Below, piece after piece: positions 1 to 12,850 of a stretch of 31,759 nucleotides of DNA. The notes beneath the pieces were generated by a model. That model saw only the letters and a list, made by a program, of their open reading frames with translations, made no database searches and was not told the DNA's origin. The DNA is from Macrostomum lignano (lineage: Eukaryota). Both the position numbers and the translations under genes were made by a program. The stretch covers positions 1 through 31,759 of the forward strand of contig NIVC01004912.1 of assembly GCA_002269645.1 (NCBI GenBank), read 5' to 3'. Within the stretch, counting starts at the first letter, position 1. The number at the start of each line of letters is the position of its first letter.

Positions 1-320
1 CCACCACATATTCAGTGTGCTGCCACCCATATTCAGTGTGCTGCCACCACATTTCAGTGTGCTGCCCCCCATATTCAGTGTGCTGCCACCCCATACTCAG
101 TGTGCTGCCACCACATATTCAGTGTGCTGCCACCCCATATTCAGTGTGCTGCCACCACATATTCAGTGTGCTGCCACCCCATATTCAGTGTGCTGCCACC
201 CCATACTCAGTGTGCTGCCACCCCATATTCAGTGCTGCCACCCATACTCAGTGTGCTGCCACCACATATTCAGTGTGCTGCCACCCATACTCAGTGTGCT
301 GCCACCCATATTCAGTGTCT
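1..320. repeat. ~22-bp minisatellite (CATATTCAGTGTGCTGCCACC(C/A)), truncated by the window start
   Basis: About 14 tandem near-identical units read directly; the ORFs at 15-389, 17-343 and 100-366 are translations of it. Confidence 0.95.
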
Positions 321-1107
321 GCCACTCCATATCCATATACTAACAATGAGTTGTTCAGTGTGCTGAAATCAAACTCTAGCTTATCTTAGAGTAACCAAAC
401 TGCTATAATGCAGTCAAATCCTTATAAAAATACCTGAAATTCGATAACTAAGAGTGCATCTGTGACACCTGACACATCATTATCAAAATTTCAGATGATA
501 GGCTTCATGGGTCTTCCAAGGCATTTGGCCGAGTGGAAGCTTTTGTATGTATTTTTGGCTTCAATTCACCTTTATCACGCATTTTCTAGCCTTGGTTTCA
601 AAATTCATGCGTGACTTGCCCTTATTTTTGTGCAATAGCAGTGACTTGGCCTTGACAGGTTTAGAACAGGCACCTATTTGACCAGTTGTCAATGTGAAAA
701 ATAGCTGGTACAAGCGGTTGGGTCAGCGCTTTTAACGCATAAAACGCTTGCCTCTGAGCACCCCCGATGCGCACTTATACGAGCTATAAATAATTGAGCA
801 ACACATGACGACATGCAGACTGTCATACTCTGGACCCTGGGATTAACTCCATTCATTCCCACCCGACATCGATCAAGGCTTTCCCATCCAGGATTTAAAC
901 TAATAATGCTTCGCTCCAATATTACTCAGAATAGTTCCCTCAAGCCGTCAGGCGCGGCTCCTCTTCCGAACGTCCTCATAACTCTCCGCCTCCTGTCTAA
1001 TCAGGCGGAAAACTTTTACCCAAATGGTTGCGATGGACTGCTAACTTCTACGGTGAAATATATGGCACCGCGATACTTTTCACAAAGATGCTCTGGAAAG
1101 TTGTAGA

Positions 1108-1599
<492 letters not shown>

Positions 1600-1616
1600 C
1601 TGTTTCTCAAGCGCTT

Positions 1617-1772
1617 AGCACCAGCTCACCTCGTATCTGTCAACAGTCATCACCAGCACCAGCTCACCTCGTATCTGTCATCAGTCATCGCCAGCACCAG
1701 CTCACCTCGTATCTGTCATCAGTCATCGCCAGCACCAGCTCACCTCGTATCTGTCAACAGTCATCGCCAGCA
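1617..1772. repeat. 38-bp tandem repeat x4 containing the GPCR exon end and its splice donor
   Basis: Units start at 1617, 1655, 1693 and 1731; on the minus strand each reads GGCGATGACTG(T/A)TGACAGATACGAG|GTGAGCTGGTGCT (one variant). Confidence 0.95.
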
Positions 1773-2152
1773 GCAGGAAGGCCGTGGAGGCCAGGCAGAC
1801 GAACTGCACGTAGACAACCAGTTTGCACATGACGGGGCCGAGCTCCCACTGGCCGAAGGCGATGAAGAGCAGCTCTCCTGAGCACACAACTGCACCAACG
1901 CAGATGTCGCCGACAGCCAAGTTGATGAGGAAGAAGTTGATGCGCATAATTTTGCCAACAAGCCTCCAGGTCTGGCGAATGTAGACAATTAGGCGCAAAT
2001 TACCAGCAATGGCCAGCACCATTGTGAGGCAGAGCACCACCAGGGAGGCCACGTCCTCAGCGGACATGATTCGAACTTCCCCGTGGCTTGTTGAAGTTGT
2101 CAAGTCGAAATAGTTTGTGTCATTGAGCTGCTCCGTGAGCGCGGAACTGGAC
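1744..2152 (-). CDS. Coding exon (N-terminus to TM3) of a class A rhodopsin-like GPCR, neuropeptide-receptor type (vasopressin/NPS-CCAP/GnRH-receptor-like)
   Basis: TM1 GN motif (IAGNL), TM2 NLAVGD, extracellular loop 1 W..G..MCK, TM3 ending AMTVDRYE followed by donor GTGAGC. N-glycosylation site NDT upstream. The listed ORF start at 2196 is TTG; the first in-frame ATG is at 2067; candidate acceptor CCCCCAG|G lies before 2152. Downstream exons were not found in the window. Confidence 0.9.
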
Positions 2153-2796
2153 CTGGGGGTGTTGCATAAAGGCGTGTATGATGGTGGAGTGCGCAAAGCG
2201 AAAGTATTCCGGGTATTCCGGGAAATCGATAAATGATGGAAAGGTTAAAAAACGTTGCCCAGTGAACTTTGCATACTTGCCAGATAAAACTTGATGCAGA
2301 AAAGTCTTTTCTTAAAGAGCTGCTTTTATTCTTCAAAATGAAAACAGTTGATTGACAAAGTCCTCCTTTCTTAACTCAACACAGCCTTCACGATGCCTTA
2401 TGGAGTTTTACCTCGAAAAAATCATTGGACTTCTTTTATTGCACTTGACTTTGCTACTTTCTATAGCCCTTGCGAATCTTACGAGTACTTGCGACTATTC
2501 TCTATACATGTAGCTATACGCTTGTGACATGACAGATTCAAAAGTACCACGTGGGGGATGACGATTGATTTTGTCTGGCCAAGTAACCGAATTAAGTCTG
2601 CTGGAGAAGAAGCTGCTCCACGGTCTGCGCAGCCACTGGCCATCCATGGGAAAGGCCGAGTGCTTGGCCAAACTTCAAATTGTCCACCGAATTTGCATTC
2701 TGCCAGTTTAACCCGGGGTTCCGCTGAAGCCCGGCGTCCCCTGAGACTTGAATTGATCAACCAATCATTCATGATACAGTTTCTCACGCACTTCAG

Positions 2797-3556
<760 letters not shown>

Positions 3557-4512
3557 ATGCATACAGGCCCGCGACCTGCACTTCTACTCTGAGAGAAAGC
3601 GCGCACGTCAGTAAATAGTACCCAATGCTAGCGTCTATTTATCATTTATCATTTGTGAGATAATTTTTGTACAAGGAGATAAACACTCTGAAGAATGGAT
3701 GCTGAGCCATCTGACGAGATTTATCCTAGTGGCAGATGTAGCAGCATCTGCTGTTCTATTTCGATCATCAGTACGCCTGTAACTTTCAGCCCATTGCACT
3801 GAGTCGTGTGGCATCTTTGAATAACTTTCTATAAATTTCCAGCAGTTCAGAGGAGAAAAAATAGCTATATGAAAAGGAATAAAATAGAATTATAGACGTG
3901 ACAAAGTCAGTTATTCACTGTATGAATTGTCTGCTTGTCATAACAATTTTTTGTGTCAAATGTAAAACAGCACAGCTATTTTAGGAATAAACACACTTAT
4001 AGTTACGGATTTTTTCCACTCAGACTTAACCGAAGACGTCATCACGTGTAAATAATAGTTATATGCAGCTGTCATTTCCCAAATCTTTCAGCACAAACTT
4101 TGCAGGAAGTTTGCAGCCATTGAATTTTGGCAAAACAGTCTTTTACGACGTTAATTAAAGCAGAAATATTTCAAGAAAATACTTCCGCTAAAGGCATGCA
4201 GAAATGAATTGCTTTTTATGGTTCTGAAGACCGAATAAGAATAAGCCAAGCTTGGCGAAAGCAAATGGCTAAAATTTCTCCGGTGACCTGGCAAGAAAAC
4301 AAGGGTAGAGTACTTTTTTAGCCAGACGAAAACTTTGTGGAGACTCAACTGGTTGAGTTGTTTTGCTTCAGGGCCTTCTGAATAGTAATGTTCTGTTTTA
4401 TCTAGTAAATCGTGTAATACGAACGCATGTGATGGGTTGAATCAGCTGTTTAAATTGTGATGTTTCAAGCGCGTTTCTACACATTTCTATCATAAGCATA
4501 ATCATAAGCATA

Positions 4513-4790
4513 GGCGGCTGTAGCCTAGTGGTTGGAGCGTCGGGCTCACGACTTGAAGGTCGGGGGTTCTAACAATTTGTGTCCTTGAGCAAGACACTTA
4601 ACTCTGCATTGCTTCAGTTCACCCAGCTGTAAAATGGGTGCCAGCATTAGCTGGGGTAATTGAGGCTGTGTGTGGCGACCCCCCAGTCCTTGGACTGAAC
4701 AGCCGTACGCAGCCTTCAGATGCGACACGCAAATAGCTGCGGCTGAGCTGTCGGTTGCACATCTGCCCATTAGGGCAGGTGTTTTCAACT
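4513..4790 (+). mobile_element. tRNA-derived CORE-SINE (MIR-like central domain)
   Basis: Head GGCGGCTGTAGCCTAGTGG (A box) and degenerate B box GGTTCTAAC. Then TGTGTCCTTGAGCAAGACACTTAACTCTGCATTGCTTCAGTTCACCCAGCTGTAAAATGGG, which aligns by eye to the recalled MIR CORE consensus. AT-rich tail; 3' boundary approximate. Confidence 0.8.
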
Positions 4791-5560
4791 ATTAGTATTG
4801 TTATAATTACCCATCATGTACTGATTTTTGACAATCTGCCCCTGATCAGCCCTTTGCGTGATGCACTATTGACCCCGATCACGGCCCATGTGTGATTGAA
4901 ACACACGCGCTGAGAAAGCAAAACACAATTTAAGCAACCTATGCTGCTTCTCTCCATTATATATTTTTAAAACTAAGACAGTAACTTACCAGTTGTCCAT
5001 CGATTGTTATCGGGTATTAATATTATTTTTTTGTTTATAATGGCAGCGATTTTTATGTATTGCAATCTTATCTGTAGCAACGCAAGTCAATATTGATCTG
5101 CATTGTCCTATCTGCTAATATTAGCTTTGGCTGGTATCTCTGGGCGCTTAAAGTCTAACACTGGCTTCCCATGACGCATATCCCATGCTAGGATTGGCGA
5201 GGGATAAAAGGGGAGAAAGGGGAACTGGGGTAGGCTACGGCCTGAGGGCCAATGAATGACAGTTGACTTTCCTACGCTCCTATACAGAGCTTCTGGACCT
5301 GGTAGTGGAAATGCTGCAACAATCAGTCATCTGGGATTTAATTTTTTGCCAAACCCATTCATTGTTTTGAGAAAGCTTTAAAATATTGGCCGTTAGAATA
5401 AAGCATTTTAAATTGAAGGCATAAATTCAATCAACAAATTAGCTACCTGTAGAAAAATGAACAATTGTAAGCCATGGGGCTGTCCTACCCCACTCACACT
5501 CGAGCGATTCACACTCACGAAGGCCAACCTCCTAAGGCTCACAGAGTGTACATGCCTGAC

Positions 5561-6276
5561 CAGGGGCGTCGCCATGGATTTTATGGTGGGGGGGGTGGGT
5601 GGACAAAGCCTAGAATTTTTCATGCACATGTACATGACTAAAATTTCTACATGTACATTATTTTCAGAATTGGTGTCCTCAGCGCTCATTTTAGCGCCGC
5701 AGGCACTCATTTAACTCACAGTAAGATAAGTATTCTATATTATACATTTAGTATAGGTGGACTAGCGCACAACCCCCCTTGGGGGTGGGCCTGAATTCAT
5801 TTATAAGGCAATAATTTTGGCGCCACAGGCACTCATTTTAGCGCTGCAGGTGGTACCAGTATGTTTTGTCACCCGGAACAACAACAACAACAACAACAAC
5901 AGAGTACGCTGCCAGATCACAAAAGCAGCGTCAGATGGCGCGCTTCAAAGCTTGGGCGCGAACAAAAGCCGCACCGCCGGCAGAGTCCGGGGCGCCGGCG
6001 TCAGCCAGCAGACAGTCGACGTAGCGCCGAGTCCTCGCCTGTCCCCGCCGGTAGGGTGCCTGCAACGTAAGTAGCAGCACCTCCTGCACCGGCTCCGGGC
6101 AGTAGGCCTCGGCGCGGATGACGTGGCCTGCCAGCTGGAGTCGCCGACGGCGCAGCAGATCGCTAGGACGGGCCAGGCCGGAAGCAAAATGATTGACTTC
6201 CATAATGGGTCACAAGGAGGGTGGGGGACCAAGCATTAGCCTGTCCCCCTGCCCCCCCCCGGTGGTGACGCCCCTG
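5561..6276. mobile_element. Non-autonomous hAT-type MITE
   Basis: 14-bp TIR CAGGGGCGTCGCCA / TGGTGACGCCCCTG (1 mismatch), flanked by 8-bp TSD TGCCTGAC (5553-5560) / CGCCTGAC (6277-6284). Confidence 0.85.
5877..6205 (-). mobile_element. 5'-truncated RTE-clade non-LTR retrotransposon 3' end with (GTT)n tail, nested in the hAT MITE
   Basis: ORF 5931-6203 contains RRRRLQLAGHVIR, typical of the RTE post-RT C-terminus, followed by a short 3' UTR and (GTT)8. Confidence 0.8.
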
Positions 6277-8190
6277 CGCCTGACGATTAGAAAGTCAGGA
6301 CCGCTGTACACCGCTGTTGCTCAAGGCGTTACGCCAGGATGCCAAGATGACTTTTGAGTGACGCCACTTGCGACACGCGACGCAGAATTTGGCTGGGTGA
6401 GGAGGGATTGGGAAGAGCGGATGGCGAAGACTGGATGGATTGAAGCTTCCGCCCGGTTTTCATTGTTTCTTTTTTCAAGCATTTTTAATATCGAAATGGT
6501 TGGCCAGTTGGTAGATGCTGGTTGAAAGACACTGCTCACTGGGGCAAAGGGTGGTGAAATTTCAATGTTGCTGAGAATATATACGCATGTTTACAGAAAA
6601 AAATTGCACCTTCGACTGCAAATCTAATTAAAACGAAAATGAATACATAAACTATGTATACTTATGTAAACTATATAAACCAAATGTTATTAAAGCTCAC
6701 TTAGAATACGCAGCAAAGTTCACAAGAACTTTATATAAATGGTTAATGATGGGAAAACTCAACGAGAAGAGAGCGTCACATACAGGGCCTATTTTTGACT
6801 AGCTATCTTGTTACAGTCGAGTTCCGAGGCAGTATACAGCATGCCGCCGCCTTTAATAATAGATTCCCTGTCAACAAGCTCCTACTCAGCAAGCGCGCCA
6901 TGATTTTAGTAAAGCCCACGAGACAGTTGCCTTAGCCACTCTGTCTGCTCGATGCCCAATCAATTCAGGGATTAGTTTCTGGGACAAGCCTCAACCCCGC
7001 AAGGAATTGAGCTCATAGAGAATTCCTCTAAGCCAACACCCTGCTGTGGCAAGCGGACACTAAATTTGCTCTCAAATCCTATATACTAAAAATGAAAATC
7101 TTGCTTGCTTGCTTGTAATCGATTACAGAAAAAATTTTCACTGAAGCTAACATTTGCTATGCTCCAGACAACTTCTCAGAACTTAATTACAATTGAGTCT
7201 AGACTTGTTGAATTAGAAATTTCCAAGAAATCGCTAAAGCAAAATCTCAAAAACAGAAGTTCGTCATGTCAAAGCGATGCTAAATTTAAAATAATCGGGA
7301 TTCGACCGCATAAAAATGGCTAAAATTGGCAAAGCTTGCAATGCTGTTATGCTGTTATGCGTACAAAAATCAAAAGTACACCCACGCTGCGAGGAATGAC
7401 GCAGAACCTGACACTGTCTTTTTGTCTGAAAATGATTTTTCCTTGCTGCCAACCTCGTCTCGGATCTCCGGCAGGAAGCGTCTCCCTTCCTAGTAGCGGA
7501 TTTAGCCCAGGACTTTATAAGCTATCTGTATCAATGATTCCGCATAGATTTCTGAGAGGTTATCAAATTCGATTTAGTCAACGTAACGCCTTTGGCGGCT
7601 ACATCGTCACGTGATTAGCATGACAGCTTCAGGCGGAATTTCAACTCGAACACAGAGGGCATTTTTCTCCAAGCAGTGTTCTACAAATAAAAGTGCATTG
7701 AGAATAAATTACTGCGATATTAGATATAGTTAAAATAGGGCCTATAGGGTCACCTGGGTATGAGAGAACACGGTTGGCCTAGCAACTATTCTGGCGGAAC
7801 AGATTACAAGTAAATCATGTATTGATTTTTGGGGTTATTCCTGACGACTCTCCATAGCAGCCTTGGGGATTTACATTCACTCGCCGGACAAAATCAAGCA
7901 CTCAGAAATGTGTTAGGTACGGGTAACGATTTATTTAATCAGTGCAGAAAAATGCACACAGCTTTTAGGCTAAGAGGCATTCTTTTCTGTTGCTACAGAA
8001 AAGCCTTTGGGGTAACAGCTGTGAATCTAAGCCGGCGGATATTTCACACTTTCCAACTGCGAGCTCAGAGCGGTGGCGACTGCTTACCTGTACGATTTTG
8101 AAGACTCGTCACGGTTTCATGTATCCATTCTCTCTCTCTCTCTCTGAACCCGATTCGATGGCGCTAGGCTTCCCTTCTCAAATAATCAGT

Positions 8191-8710
8191 CTCTCCGCTC
8201 CCCATCAATTCCTGAATCTGCTTCTCCGCTAGCCATCAATCCCTGAATCTGCCTCTCCGCTCCCCATCAACCCTTGAATCTGCCTCTCCGCTCCCATCAA
8301 TCCTTGAACCTACCTCTCCGCTCCCATCAATCCTTGAACCTACCTCTCCGCTCCCATCAATCCTTGAACCTACCTCTCCGCTCCCCATCAATCCTTGAAT
8401 CTGCCTCTCCGCTCCTTATCAATCCTTGAATCTGCCTCTCCGCTCCCATCAATCCTTGCATCTGCCTCTCCGCTCCCCATAAATCCTTGAATTTGCCTCT
8501 CCGCTCCCCATCAATCCTTGAATCTGCCTCTCCGCTCCCATCAATCCTTGAATCTGCCTCTCCACTCCCTTGAATCTGCCTCTCCGCTCCCTTGAATCTG
8601 CCTCTCCGCTCCCATCAATCCTTGAATCTGCCTCTCCACTCCCTTGAATCTGCCTCTCCGCTCCCTTGAATCTGCCTCTCCGCTCCCTTGAACCTGCCTC
8701 TCCGCTCCCC
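8191..8710. repeat. ~30-bp minisatellite (CTGCCTCTCCGCTCCCATCAATCCTTGAAT) with ~22-bp deletion variants
   Basis: Read directly. Confidence 0.95.
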
Positions 8711-9079
8711 GTCAAACTTAAATCCACCTATACTAAATCTCTAATCTACTGTAATCTACTGTCTTTTTGTGTGCAATGCTAATAAACTAAAGGAAAGCGA
8801 GAGGGTTTAAGAGAGAAAGTGGGCCTTCTAAGATGGCTCATTTTTATAGGAAAAGGAAAAAATTTACTGCGAAGAAAAAAGTGTCAACTCTCGAATCCCT
8901 CTGACTGAAAGTAAATTAAAAACCCGCTATCTGACTCGCTGATTCCGGTTGATGTCATCTCATGCGGATAATAAATAAATTCTGAAGCTATGTAGAGAAT
9001 TTTCTATACTAAACAGAACCAGTGAGTACTTTTAGATACATAAATACAAGGTGCTGCTTTTTGAGTGTTGCATTCGGAT

Positions 9080-9510
9080 TGTACCCGAAAACCCGAAAAC
9101 TCGAATACCTGAATAGCCAAATACCCGAATACCCGAATACCCGAACACCCGAATACCCGAATACCCGAATACCCGAACACCCGAATACCCGAATACCCGA
9201 ATACCAGAATACCCGAATACCAGAATACCCGAATACCCGAACACCTAAATACCCGAATACCCGAATACCCGAATGCCCGAATACCCAAATACCCGAATAG
9301 CCGAATACCCGAATACCCGAATACCAGAATACCCGAATACCCGAACACCTAAATACCCGAATACCCGAATACCCGAATGCCCGAATACCCAAATACCCGA
9401 ATAGCCGAATACCCGAATACCCGAATACCCAAATACCAGAATACCCGAATACCAGAATACCCGAACACCCGAATTCCCGAACACCTAAATACCCGAATAG
9501 CCGAATACCC
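9080..9510. repeat. 8-bp tandem repeat (ATACCCGA)n with higher-order structure
   Basis: Variant unit CACCTAAAT recurs at 9242, 9346 and 9482 (spacing 104 and 136 bp). Confidence 0.95.
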
Positions 9511-9752
9511 TTGAATTTTTAGACCCGAAATTTTCTGAATCCTGATTTCGCCGAATTTTTCGAAACCCATATTCTCTATTTTCGAAATCTTGACTATAAA
9601 TAGTAGGGCGTCGGTTACTTAACCTTTACTAGGGCGGCTTCCCACAATCTCTAATCAATCAATATTCCCATCAGCTAGCTTGCAGTGGGACAGGTGCAAG
9701 CTCCCATATGAAATCCTTTATTTAATAAGACTCTCCTTTCGCGCGAGATGCT

Positions 9753-10106
9753 CTTGACTTGACCAACGGAAGATAGAATAAACAGAAGAGAAACTTCAGC
9801 TTCTCCCTCTCTTTGATTTGATTTTTCCTGCATATTTGTATGCATTTGCCTCACGCAGGGACCATGGACAGCGAAACTAGAATTGTACAGCAACGCTCAA
9901 AATGTACAGTTTGCGTTTACTCAACGGGTGCGGAGAAGATCTGCTTTCTTTGCACAGCGTTGAATGGGGGTTTCGCCATAGACAAAATCTGTATAGAAAA
10001 ATCTGCTCTGGTCGGCAACCTTTTTTACCTTAAGTGCCAGGTAGACAGAGGAATTAGGAGAGGGGAGGGGAGGCGAGAGAAGGGCGAGAAGGGGAGATAA
10101 AAGAGA
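9753..10106 (+). repeat. Dispersed direct repeat, block A copy 1 (partner 11913-12269)
   Basis: About 8 differences over ~350 bp by eye. Confidence 0.95.
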
Positions 10107-11084
10107 AGTGATTACGAGCTATTAGAGAAGAGAGCTAAGAAGAGACTCAAGCCTTGACCGGGCCGGATTGTTATTGTGAAGTTTCAAAGGACCCGAGGTG
10201 GAATACGAATCTCCCTAGGGTGAGATCTTGTGAATTTAGACCAAAAAAAAACTTTGGAAACCTACCTCCAGTGAAATTTGCACGAACTGCTATAGTGTAG
10301 CACCCTTCTGCCTCAGCTGTCCATGGCATGGATGTCCTTGGTAGGTTTTACTATTTTCGATCCTTGCCATCGTTCCCAATCCGGCTGAAGCTGGTGCGAT
10401 GTTTCCCCCTAAGGCGCGAACTTTGAATGATGAATTTCGATAAGAAAAACCATCCCCCAGTCTTCCCCAGCAGTTTTGGTTCCTTAAAGTGCAAATAATA
10501 TTGAATGCCTCTTCCACACACTGGGCAATAGAGAGAGATGGGGTTACTTTAATTTGGTTCCCAGGATAGTGACGCAGTCAGGCCCAGTCGAGTCATGTGA
10601 TTTGACCGGGCGGCCTCTGCCCAGCTGCTTTTGTTCCCTTTGACAACTAAGCGCGGAGCAATGCCCGGTGTTACTAGCTCGCATTGTCCCGACCCGACTG
10701 AGAGCGAATCCCTTTTTCTGTCTTTATATTGTTGCTTCAAAGGAAATACTATCTTCTGCTTTTTGCCTTTTTTATCTCCTTGACTAGCTGAATCAGAAGG
10801 TATGCAAGAATCGTGCAACTAACATCGTACCCTCGTTCTCAATGCAAAAGTAGTTTTTACCAAGTTGAAGCAGTGAACTTGATAACTCTGATCAAATTCT
10901 GAGACAGTCTATGAGAGAAGTTGCTGCTGGCATCTTTGATCTTTGTGCTGATGTCTATGGCCGAGTTATCAACTTGTCTATGGGCCAATTCTTGTCTACT
11001 GCTGCCAAATGGAAATTCTCAGCTTGGTTGACTTTGAAAAAGTGACTTCAGTTTTAGTGACAAAAAAGTGAACACTTATGCTGA

Positions 11085-11334
11085 ACACGCGTACATCATT
11101 GCAGGATCGAGAACGGCGAAAGACGACTGGTGAAAAGACCTCGATATAAAGAGAACCAAGGGTGACATTGTACACAGATCTATCACTGAGGTTCGCGTTG
11201 CTTTGAAGCAACGGGGAGCAGCCGCGAGGACAAAATTTGCTGTGACTCAATTTGTTAAAGAGAAGTCCACCGTAACGTTAAGGGAGATGAAGGAGAAGCT
11301 GGAAGCCGAACTTCTAGGCAATCAGCCATCGCCT
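11085..11334 (+). pseudogene. Degenerate N-terminal HTH region of an IS630/Tc1/mariner-like transposase, block B copy 1
   Basis: Broken frames give RTSLQDRER, DDW.KDLDIKRT, IVHR..TE.RVALKQRGAAART and QFVKEKSTVTLREMKEKLEAEL, a pattern resembling Tc1-like DNA-binding regions. Family assigned from recall, no search run. Confidence 0.5.
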
Positions 11335-11385
11335 AGGCAATTTTCATCTTTTGATACCAGGGTATGTCTTGATTTTCTTATCGTT

Positions 11386-11825
11386 CAGGGATCGGCAAAC
11401 TTTTTTACCTCAAGGGCCAGATAGAGAATCTAGTGGCATGACTGCAGGCCAGGGGAGGGGAGAGAGGAGAGAGTCAAAGGGAATAGAGAAAATAGGAGAA
11501 AGGAGAGGCGAAGGAATAATGGAGAGGAGAGGATGAAGAGAGTATTGGAGAGGAGAAGAGGAGAGGAGAGGAGAGGAGAGGAGAGGAGAGGAGAGGAGAG
11601 GAGAGGAGAGGAGAGGAGAGGAGAGGAGAGGAGGAGAGGAGAGGAGAGGAGAGGAGAGGAGAGGAGAGGAGAGGAGAGGAGAGGAGAGGAGAGGAGAGAG
11701 GAGAGGAGAGGAGAGGAGAGGAGAGGAGAGGAGAGGAGAGGAGAGGAGAGGAGAGGAGAGGAGAGGAGAGGAGAGGAGAGGAGAGGAGAGGAGAGGAGAG
11801 AGAGGAGAGGAGAGGAGAGGAGAGG

Positions 11826-11912
<87 letters not shown>
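11386..11912 (+). mobile_element. hAT-Charlie (MER58-like) 5' end followed by (GGAGA)n and (GA)n
   Basis: CAGGGATCGGCAAACTTTTTTACCTCAAGGGCCAGATAG resembles the Charlie/MER58 terminus CAGGGGTCGGCAAACTTTT..AAGGGCCAGATAG; purine tract ~11555-11912. Confidence 0.7.
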
Positions 11913-11916
<4 letters not shown>

Positions 11917-12260
11917 ACTTGACCAACGGAAGATAGAATAAACAGAAGAGAAACTTCAGCTTCTCTCTCTCTCTCTTTGATTTGATTTTTCCTGCATATT
12001 TGTATGCATTTGCCTCACGCAGGGACCATGGACAGCTAAACTAGAAGTGTACAGCAACGCTCAAAATGTACAGTTTGCGTTTACTCAACGGATGCGGAGA
12101 AGATCTGCTTTCTTTGCACAGCGTTGAATGGGGTTTCGCCATAGACAAAATCTGTATAGGAAAATCTGCTCTGGTCGGCAACCTTTTTTACCTTAAGTGC
12201 CAGGTAGACAGAGGAATTTGGAGAGGGGAGGGGAGGCGAGAGAAGGGCGAGAAGGGGAGA

Positions 12261-12269
<9 letters not shown>
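11913..12269 (+). repeat. Dispersed direct repeat, block A copy 2, followed by (GA)n to ~12338
   Basis: Near-identical to 9753-10106. Confidence 0.95.
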
Positions 12270-12340
<71 letters not shown>

Positions 12341-12425
12341 GAGAACAGACAAACCTTGCGTTAGAGAGCGAGCGAGCGGCTATTGTGAAGTTTCAAAGGA
12401 CCTTGAAGGCCGGACAGACAGGCTT

Positions 12426-12632
12426 ACACGCGTACATCATTGCAGGATCGAGAACGGCGAGAGACTACTGGCGAAAGACCTCGATATAAAGAGAACCAAG
12501 GCCGACATCGAACACAGATCTGTCACTGAAGTTTGCGTTGCTTTGAAACATTAAGGGAGGGTGGGGGCATTAACGTTAAGGGAGATGAAGGAGAAACTGG
12601 AAGCCGAACTTTTAGGCAATGAGCCGTCGCCT
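12426..12632 (+). pseudogene. Second, internally altered copy of the Tc1-like transposase remnant (block B copy 2)
   Basis: Aligns to 11085-11334 with many substitutions and one large indel. Confidence 0.5.
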
Positions 12633-12650
12633 GGACTGCCCACTGTACAT

Positions 12651-12850
12651 CAGGGGTTGGCAAACTTTTTGACGTCAAAGGTCAGATAAAAAATCTAGTG
12701 GTATGACTGCGGGCCAGGGGAGGGGAGAGAGGAAGGGGCCAGAGGGAATAGAGAAGAGATAATAGAGATAGGAGAAAGGAGAGACGAAGGAATAATGGAG
12801 AACAGAGGAGAGAAGAGAGGAGAGGAGAGGAGAAAAGAGGAGAGGAGAAA
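12651..12850 (+). mobile_element. hAT-Charlie-like 5' end followed by a GA-rich tract
   Basis: CAGGGGTTGGCAAACTTTTTGACGTCAAAGGTCAGATAAAAAATCTAGTGG. Confidence 0.7.

Noticed and set aside
4489-4512. 12-bp tandem duplication ATCATAAGCATA just before the SINE as a TSD
   Set aside because: Both copies are on the 5' side; no copy found at the 3' end
9004-9570. GYSGIRVF repeat proteins
   Set aside because: Product of an 8-bp satellite, open in several frames
8723-10677. Second complete Helitron from A|TCCACCTATACTAAA to CTAG at 10674-10677
   Set aside because: The 3' hairpin is poor and CTAG is followed by C rather than T; only the 5' resemblance is retained
10290-10818. Two minus-strand ORFs as a transposase or gene
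   Set aside because: No recognisable motifs; could be a decayed element but unsupported
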